Positions 55,591 to 64,000 of a stretch of 64,000 nucleotides of DNA are shown piece after piece. The notes under the pieces were generated by a model. It was given only the letters and a program-made list of their open reading frames with translations, searched no databases and was not told where the DNA came from. The translations under genes and the position numbers were made by a program. Origin of the DNA: Euglena gracilis (taxonomy: Eukaryota); contig CP154954.1 of the NCBI GenBank assembly GCA_039621445.1, forward strand, positions 40,355,572 to 40,419,571. Direction: 5' to 3'. Numbering within the stretch: the stretch's first letter is position 1; every line of letters begins with the position of its first letter.

Positions 55591-58500
55591 TTGGCCGCAG
55601 GCTTTCGCCGGCAGCCACAAATTGCCAGAAAGTGCAAATCCCAACCTTCAAATTCTTTTTCTTTTCACAGAGCTTCATGGATTTACCACAATCTTTGGCA
55701 AAGGAGGGATAATTGTATTGAATTTTGCACTTACATTCTTGGCGGAATCGGACGTGTGTATTACATTGCTGGTGGGCTTTGAATTGCATTTGCACATTAG
55801 TCATTGACGTCAAATTGGTTATTGAAGTCAACAAGGAGACAAGTCAAGTAAAGAACCTACAACACCGCCACCACCTCTTCCTCTACAACGCCTCCCCTCC
55901 TTGCCCCAGGTTGGCACATTTTAACGTTCCATTTCAGTTCTCACGGTTCACTTTCATTTGTTCACTCTCAAGTTACTTTCAGTTTCAGTGTTTGTTTCGG
56001 GATCAGTGCGTTGCTTGGTGGTTTGTGCTACCTTCAAGTGTGAGTGAGAGTGTGAGTGAGAGAGAGAGATTGAGATTTCATTCAAAATTGTAGATTTTTC
56101 GATTTTCACCAAATTTTCAGGAAAAATTACAAAAAAGATCCTATGCACCGGCTGGGGTTGGTGAACGCACCTGGGTGAAATAATTGGGGTTGGATTAAGC
56201 CCACCAATTTCCCGAGAAAGCGCAGGCCCCAACCCGGAAACACCCACCCCCCTGCAGTCGGTGGTTACCCACGACGGCGAGGACCCCCCGCCGAGGGGGG
56301 CCTCGGCCAACCGGGACACGCCGGTCGCGGGGGCGACAGGCGGCGCACAGGGGGTGGGAAGAGTGAATGGTACGCAGAGGTTGCTTCAATGACTCTGTCA
56401 GTGAACATTTTTTTGTTCGATTAACGGCAAATCAGAGACCCTGAACATGGTTAGCAGAGGCCAGCTCACTGACTTCATCAGTGAGGATTTTTCAGATTCG
56501 GTGAACATCGTCGCACAGATTTGTTCCGTTGGCTCTGGCAGCAGAAACAGTGCAAACGTTTCAGTTTCGGTTAACATGGCAAGCAAAGGTTGTTTCACTG
56601 ACCCTGTCAGTGAACATTTTACAGAGAAGTTCGACACGCTTGCAGAGGTTTGCTCTGGATGCCGTGCCAGCAGAATGGCACATGAGGACAGTTTCACCAA
56701 CCCTGTGGTCTGTGAATTTTCAGAAGAATATGCAGAAATCTGCTCGTCTCGAGGTCAATCTCAATTTGAGGTTGTGGTGAACATTTCCTAAAATCTGTGG
56801 CAGAAAGCTGCTTTCAGAATGAAAAGGATACTGAATTTTCTGCAGCCCAGTTTTCAGAATCTACGGCATCATTGCGAATTGTGACGGAATCTGTGGCAGA
56901 AAACACTTTTCAGAATGCAGAATCCTTATTGTCTTCAGAATTTTCAGAAACAACACAAAAATCAGAATCTGATTCAGAATCAGAGAAGGTGTCAATTACA
57001 TGCATGAGGCATCACAGTGGCAGGGGCAAAAATTTACAGGTGGTATCACTGCACAGCAGTGACGATGAACCATACCCCCCAGCGTACGAAAGCGAAACAG
57101 AGGAAGAAAAAAACTGCTGAAAAAGATATAATTCAGGAAATGGTTATGCAAAGAATGAAGTCTGCTGGCATGTGTCCAATAAATTTTTCAAGTTTTCAGC
57201 AAATTTGGGTGGCGTCACGAGACAGCAGACCAGGTCCAGAACAAACAAATTTGTGTTTAACAGCCCAGCCAGAACCATCGGTGTTAACACGGAGTTCATA
57301 GTCGCAAGCAGCACAGCCGGCTGCAGCCCAGCCGCAGGTTTTTCAGGCAACCCAGCCGTTTTCGCTTGAGATATCTGTCCCAGCCCAGATCCCTGTCCGA
57401 AACCAGCAAGATTTGGAAATGGATTCGGGCCATGTCCAATCTAATGATGACTGGAACACTGGGGTGAAGAAATCAGTTGCAAAATTGAAGGTTTACAATG
57501 CAGAGGTTTGGTGCAGGAAGGGGAAAATCCTGAGAAAACAGATGAAAATCTGGTGGGTGATGCAGAAAACAGCCAAATCGGGCATTGGCCAGGTTACAGG
57601 GGCAAACATTGAATCTGGTGAATGAGGCATTGGACATGCATGCTCAGCGAAAGGCTGATCACATTGCCATGATGAAGCATGTAATTCAGGCTGAACTGAG
57701 TGCAACCGTAAACGACTTGCTGTTGCAGTTCCTGCAAAATGGTGAAATGGTGCAAAATCTGGCCCAATGCCAAAGGCATTTGTTGAGTGTGGAAATGGAA
57801 AGGCAGTTTGATGAAAAAGTGAAGAAAGTGCAGGATGGAATAAACACTTTTTATGAGGCCCAGGTTGAGGAGTTGAATGAGAGGGATTTTTCTCAGAGGC
57901 TGTCATTTTTGAAAAAATCTGTGGGGGAGATGCATGTGGCGGAACAGCAAGTGGGGAAGAGGGAAAACCGGGAGGAAATTGCTGTTAATCTGGTCAAATC
58001 CGCAGTCGCTGGGCTAAGCTCTGGTCTGTAGGGCCGTTTTGTGATCATTTTTCAGCAATGCAAAGGTTTTGGGGAGACTGACTGTGCCAAAATTCAGGCA
58101 CAGGCTGAAAAATTGAAGGAACTTTCACAGTCCCTGAAGCGAGAGAGCAAATCTCTGAATGATTGTTTGAGGAGGCTGGAAAATTTTCTGGGTCGGAAAG
58201 ATTATCCCATTGAGAAAGTCTGTGACCTGTTTAACAAGAGTGAGGAAACAATTCCGTTGGAGGTGCTAAGGGGGTTGAGGCCGCAAACAAAAAAGAACAT
58301 GGACTTCTTTATCAGTGAAAGGTTGCAGGAGACGTTGAGGCTGAGTGAAAGGGAGGGGTATTTTGAAAAAGTACTGGCTGAAATGGAAAATTCGATGAAC
58401 GGTAGGTTGGAGTTTTACTGCAATAGCAGTCCCGTGAACTTTTTGAAGAGCAACAGGAGCGAAAAAATTGCAGCAAAAGCTGGATTAGTTTCAGGCTGAG

Positions 58501-58667
58501 TTTTTGGGGATGAAAAATCAGCAAGCTGAATCTGCCAAAGCTGCGAAGGTGGATCTGACAAATGAAACGAGAGAAAAATCAACTGGACATCGAGAAATAG
58601 AGGAGTTTGATGTTTTTGGTAACAACAAGTTATCGGTGATTGAGAAGAATCAGGCTAAAATTGAAGC

Positions 58668-59400
58668 CTATGAATACGGGCAAAAAGACTTCTCCTCCAG
58701 CGGTGAAACCTTCGAAACCTTGCAGGGCTGTTTCCCAGTGTCACGTTCCACGGCACAAATAATGTTTTCCTCAGTTGCTGGCACTTTAGGGTACATTTTG
58801 ACGTTCGTTCCACGCGTTGACTTCCTTTCCTCCTCTTCAGCGACCCAATGCAAAATGAAATTTGGCAGTTTCCCCTTGACCAGCCTTTCTGCCTCATCGT
58901 CAGTGGCACTTTTCACCTGTCCCCAGGCCATTCTGAAACTTATGCCAAAATCTCGCAACTCCCGTACGGTAATTTTCCCTTGGTTCACAAGGTTGACATC
59001 ATTCCATTTTTTTCCTGGCACAATCAGACTGAGTTATAGCATATTTCCCGTCAAACCTGTCGAATTCCTGCTGAAAGATGCCTTTCCGTTCAATTCCATT
59101 CGGAATTGCAATTCCTTTTGATTTGTGGCGTCCAGCGTCATTGCAAAAAGCCAAAGTTTGAGGGGATAAGACACATTTCCACTATGTAAAGTAGCCAACG
59201 TCATGAAATATTGCTGACAATCACGCACAAAGGACGACAAGAGTTTTGGCGGTCCACAAAGTTTTGGAGGAACCAGAATTTTCCTCAATTGATTCGTTGC
59301 CAATGCATTTGATGAAACCAGCCCTGCACCTGCGGGCACTGTCCCCACAGGGCGTACACAAACCTGCCTGACATGTGTCGCACGTGTCCCTGGATCTTGC
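58668..59400 (-). pseudogene. Gag-like fragment of another retroelement in opposite orientation
   Basis: PPKLCGPPKLLSSFVRDCQQY resembles the P.F.G...W..F..DW gag motif also seen near 46000 and 60540. Confidence 0.5.
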
Positions 59401-60519
59401 AACAAACTGAAAGAGTTCAGTGGAAACCAATCCAGGCACGGACAAAAGGAAAAAAATCGTGGAGGAACAGCCAAAAATGGATGCTGAAGAAATTTTTCGC
59501 TTTGTGGAGCGAAAATTGTCGGCCAGGTATCATTAAGCCACATTACACCTTTCCAGAGAGCCAAATGGGTCCGGAAACCGGTGGGTCAGTCCTGCAAAGG
59601 CAGATCGGGCCAAAGGGTCCAGGCTACCCTCCCCAGCAGGGTCAGCAAAGGAGGGCGAGACGGTGGTAAAATCCTACGTTGGAATTTCAGATTCACAGGT
59701 GGCAGCTCCTGCGACCAATGCAAACGTGAACCCACCGCGCAAAATACAGTGCCAGTGATTCAATCACGGTCATTGCCACCCCCCGGCAATTTCAATTTGG
59801 CAACGAGAGGGGATGAAGAAACGATTCTGGGTGGAATTCCAATACCAATGCCATTTTTCAGGGAAATAAGTGGTGTCACTCAAATCAACAGAATTTCATC
59901 CACAGTCTGGTGGTGGCAAAGGCAAAGGCAAAGGCAAAGGAAAGGGCAAAGACAACAATTCATGGGGGAAACGAAAGAATGGAAACGACCGGCATAGGGG
60001 TAAGGGCCAGGATGGTGGAAAAGGCAACCGAGTTCCTTGTACAGAATAGCATCTGCAACAGGAAGTTGTCGTTCAAGCTGTGGTCAGCAAGTTCCTAGTG
60101 GAGAATTCAACAGTTGTTGCACTGGTTACTTGGTTGAAGCTTGTGGTGCTGCTGATCTCCTTGCGGTCAAGAACAAGATCCTGGTGTAGGCAAGATCTTC
60201 ATCATCTTTCTGACCTGGTCCTGAACCAAGTGGTTGGTTTTCTGTTCTGGTTTCTTCAGTTTTGTTTGGCTTTTTGGGTTGGCAAGTGTTTCTCCCAGTT
60301 TTCAGAGCCAGTGGTTGAGTTTTTTTGAAAGTGATCTGCAGAAAAGTCGTCAAATTGAAGATTTGTAAAGAAGGTTGCAAGAATTGGAAAGCAAGTCAGC
60401 CAGCAGCAGTCAGTCCGTGTTTACCCCTGTGAACCCCTCACCCAGGTGGAAACATCTCTGAAGCAAGTTGTGGAACCAAACTCCAGAAACCCCAGCCAAA
60501 GTTCAACCCAAAATTCAAG

Positions 60520-61334
60520 TTTACCCCCTGTGAAATTGCCAGAGTTTGATGGCGCAAACTGGCCAGAGTTTGTGAAAGATTTTGACAGATGGTTGAGGTT
60601 AACTGGTGCTGGTACACTTGGAAGTGTCCAGAAAAAGGATTGCCTGTTGGAACGTTGTTGAACGAACTTGTTGAAAAGTGTTTGATGAGAATGAGGATTT
60701 TTTAAAAGTGCTGTTGTAAATTTTAAAATTGTTTGCAACACTGGAAAATGGCATGACTTTCAGGTCTGCCATTGAGAAATTGCCAGCACTTTCACAGAAC
60801 CCTGTAACCACAAGACATCAAGAAAACTTTCAATGAGTTGGACAATTTGATGGCAAGGTTGAGCCCCCAGGACACGAGTGAACACGAAAAGTTTCTGCTT
60901 TTGCTGAGGAAATTACACACCAGAATGTATGCAGACATGATCTTTCTGTGATTTTCACAGATTTGAGAAAAAAAAATTTGGAAAACAGCTTCGAAGATTG
61001 GTTGGAGAGGAATTTGTTGAAAAAAGGAAACCTCAGGTCCCTGATTGAAAGCCCCTTTGACCAATCAGAAGAAGGTGGTGAAAGTGTCCCAGAATCTAGA
61101 AAAGGTAGAACGTTTGGTGGAAAAGGAGAAGGCAAAGGAAAAGGCAAATGCAAGGGTGAAAGAGAAGTTGATGACACCCCAGCCCCACGATTTGGAGCCA
61201 CAATTTTCTGTCGATTTTGTCACAAAAAACGGCATTATGAAGACAGATGGTGGTTAAGAGAAAAGATTGAGAAAAATAAGGCAGCAGCCCAGAAAAGGCA
61301 GGCAAATGGACCCCTTCGGTTCAACCCCAGGTAG
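60520..61334 (+). pseudogene. gag: gag (capsid-like region + degenerate CCHC knuckle)
   Basis: KLPEFDGANWPEFVKDFDRWL; CRFCHKKRHYEDRW (Cx2Cx4Hx4C with the last C changed to W); stops and frameshifts. Confidence 0.7.
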
Positions 61335-61399
61335 TGCAAACCCAGGTTACCCCCTTGGGTGACAACCACAAAAAGAGAAAGGCTGATGCTTTGCATTTC

Positions 61400-61690
61400 C
61401 TCCAGATGGTGTGTAAAACTTATCTGTTGCCAGTGAAGGTTTATGGAAAGGATGTTCAAGCCATTTTGGACACAGGTGCCACCATTACTGCAGTTTCTAA
61501 GAAATGTGTTCCTGAGAATAAATTTCAGCGGAGTGCAGTGGTACCCCTGCACATCGACAACGGGGAGTACACTGTTCCCGAGGGGACGTCGACATGTGTT
61601 TGCAGTTTGGGTCTAAGGTTTTGAATTTGACAGCTGTTGTGGTGGATACTTGTGCGTTGAGGCAGTTTTGGGGACTGAATTCATAGAAAG
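61400..61690 (+). pseudogene. Retropepsin-type aspartic protease
   Basis: VKVYGKDVQAILDTGATITAVS. Confidence 0.9.
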
Positions 61691-61815
61691 TGAGTTTTTT
61701 GGAGGGTGGTTGACCAGACCCCCCCAGAATTATCATCAGAGATGAGGAGTTTTTACTTCAGTGCCATGATGGGGACCACACTATCAAAAGCATTTTCAAA
61801 ATTTTCAACACAAAA

Positions 61816-62245
61816 AGTTACACTTTGGTCAGGCCAGTGAAGTCAAAAGCTATGGAAAAATTGAAGATTTCTGAGGGCCAAATTTGCATTGATCTTTTTG
61901 CAAACCACCTGAACGACACACAGTCTTTGTACATGACGAAAGGGAATTCAGCCTACAGGTATTCATGGGAATAATTGTTGTGTGACCTTGGTGCTTCAAA
62001 GTTTCTGTGAGCAAACCCACCCTTCAGCAAACTAAGCACAGTGGTGACCAGGTTGTGCGCTGATGAAACAAAAACGGTCTTGGTGCACCCAGACTGGGTG
62101 GACCAGTACCGGTCCCCCCTGCTTGAAAGGGTAACGGTGGCCATGGTTAAAATTTCAAGTGGGGTTCCCTTGTTTGTGGTGTGGCAGGTGCAAAAGGTGC
62201 CCTCCCCTCTGTGGAACACTCTTGTGACTGTGGTGGACACAGTGC
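61816..62245 (+). pseudogene. N6-adenine DNA methyltransferase-like domain (Dam/DIRS-MT type) inside gypsy pol
   Basis: One frame reads SYTL...IDLFANHLN...NSAYRYSWE*...FL*ANPPFSKLSTVV...VLVHPDW...SPLL...PSPLW, the same motif order as the DIRS MT domains in this window. Two in-frame stops. Confidence 0.82.
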
Positions 62246-62999
62246 AATTCAAAGTGGATTTTGAGCTTTTGGACCACAAAATTGTCAGTTGGCTCAGAAA
62301 AGTTTCAAGAAATTGGAATTTGGATGAATTGAGACGTGAGACCAGGAAGTACCCCACAGTGGATGATGAAATGCAAGTGGATTTCCCAGATGTTCCTGAT
62401 GTCCACCCAGCAGCAGGCACCCAAGCATGCCAATCCACCTGCAGACCAGCAAGTTTTTGAAACTCCAAGGTTTCCTTTGTGGACTGTTCCCCCCAAAGAA
62501 TCAGAGGAATAGGTGAAAGAATGGTTGGACAATGTTCGGGTGTGTGAACCAATAAGTGAGCATGAAAACAGCAGTTTTTTGGGTGAATTGACAAAGGACG
62601 TTGAAAGTGAGCTGAGCCTTTTTAAGGAATGAGAAAAGATGTGGATGTGAAGTTTTTCCAGCTGTCCAGGCCTGTGGAAGAGGTTCAGTTTGCAAAACCT
62701 GTGAAGACTCCCAAGGCAACAATCAAGATGGATAAACTAAAGAGCATTTCCCAGGATTACATGAAAAGATTTTGACTTTGTGGGCCCAAACAAATGCTCA
62801 GTGAAAAAGCAGCAAATTGTTTACTGAGAACCTGATTGGAGAATTTGATAAAGAATTTGAGAAATTCAGAGACCACCCCAGGTGGTATGAGCTTTTGGTG
62901 AAATTTTCGGATGTTTTTGGACCATTGGCCACAATTTCTGAGTCTTCCCCCCTGCCTGTTTTGATGGACATAGCTGAAGCCTGAATGGGAAGGCAAACC

Positions 63000-64000
63000 G
63001 CTAAGGCAAAGGTGTTGGCCCATGCCCCAGGAGGATGAAAAAGTAATTGATCTTCAGTGTGAAGAATTGCTAAAGTCAGGGTTGATTGAGCAGTTCCCAG
63101 TTGGTGAAATCCCCCAGGTGTGCAGCCCCACATTTTTGGTGGACAAAAAAATGGTCAAGTACCAGAAGGACGGTCATTCATTACAGAAAATTGAATTCCA
63201 GAATCAAGGCACTTGCAGCGTTTTTGCCAAACATGGAAATTCGGACTGAAAGTTTGGTCAAGTGTCGGTTCAAAAGTGCCCTGGACATGAGGAGTGGGTA
63301 TTGGCAAATCGCAATCACAAAAAGCGCACCAGGTTTGTCTGAATTTTGCATTCCTTCAGGGAGGTGTTTTCGTCCGAAAAGGATAATATTTCGGTTGATG
63401 AATGCCCCAGGGATTTTTCAGGAGTTGATGTAAATCCGAACCTCCCAATGCCAAACGGTTTTGAGGGTGAAAAAGACTTTGAAGGATGGACACCTGGCTT
63501 CTTTTCCCGATGACACAGGGGTTAGTGCAAACTCTGAGGAGGACCATTCGTATCTTTTGGAAAAGTGGTTTGAAGTTCCAGAAAGAACCAAGTGAGAGTC
63601 AAATCGAGCAAATGTTCTTTTCTGAATAAGACTACTGACTACTTGGGCTTCTCGTTGGGATAGGGAATGTGGCGGCAAACAAGAGGAACATTGAACCAAT
63701 TTTGAGTTTTCGAGTTCAGAATCAAAGGTATTTGAGGCGAATGTTGGGAGCCATTAATTTTTACCGCAGACACATGGAAGGGTTTACATTTGACTCAGCC
63801 CCACTGACAGGTCTTCTGAAAAAGAATGTGAAATGGAAGTGGACTGAAAAGAAGGAGAGTTGTTATGCTTTGAAAAGGAAATTATCTTCCCTTGATGTTT
63901 TGGGTACCACAAGAAGTTCGGGAGAGATTGTTTTGGTGACTGACAGTTCGCATTTAGGAGGTGGTTCTGCATTGTTTCAGTTGCAAACCCTCCAACAAAT
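63000..64000 (+). pseudogene. pol: Ty3/gypsy-type reverse transcriptase and start of RNase H
   Basis: ELLKSGLIE, CSPTFLVDKK, HYRKLN, ALDMRSGYWQI, FRLMNAPGIFQ, FPDD, IVLVTDSSHLGGGSALFQ. Confidence 0.9.

Larger units (their letters stand above)
56400..64000 (+). mobile_element. Degenerate Ty3/gypsy-like LTR retrotransposon running off the window; left boundary uncertain
   Basis: Order: long decayed coding leader, gag, Zn-knuckle remnant, aspartic protease, MT-like domain, RT, RNase H. Confidence 0.8.

Overview
Repeat-dense eukaryotic DNA with no recognisable host gene. (1) 1-5.9 kb: low-complexity sequence with MITE-like inverted repeats. (2) 5940-21625: a nested cluster of DIRS1-type tyrosine-recombinase retrotransposons (ORF1-RT-RNaseH-adenine methyltransferase, overlapping YR, inverted terminal repeats, internal complementary region). 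Elements A (6043-12439) and B (12587-17301) both sit inside element C, and A is itself interrupted by a 1.7-kb non-autonomous LTR element with apparently identical 409-bp LTRs. (3) 21.7-49.2 kb: older minus-strand DIRS relics (D, E). The YR gene of E is split by a foldback insert and by a ~19-kb block holding a ~17.5-kb (GATA)n satellite. (4) 50-55.6 kb: a minus-strand chromodomain followed by decayed unknown ORFs. (5) ~56-64 kb: a decayed Ty3/gypsy-like element whose pol reads protease - N6-adenine methyltransferase-like domain (DLFA...NPPF) - RT - RNase H, the most unusual item in the window. Many frameshifts fall in homopolymers and may be assembly errors. All calls are by eye; no searches were run.
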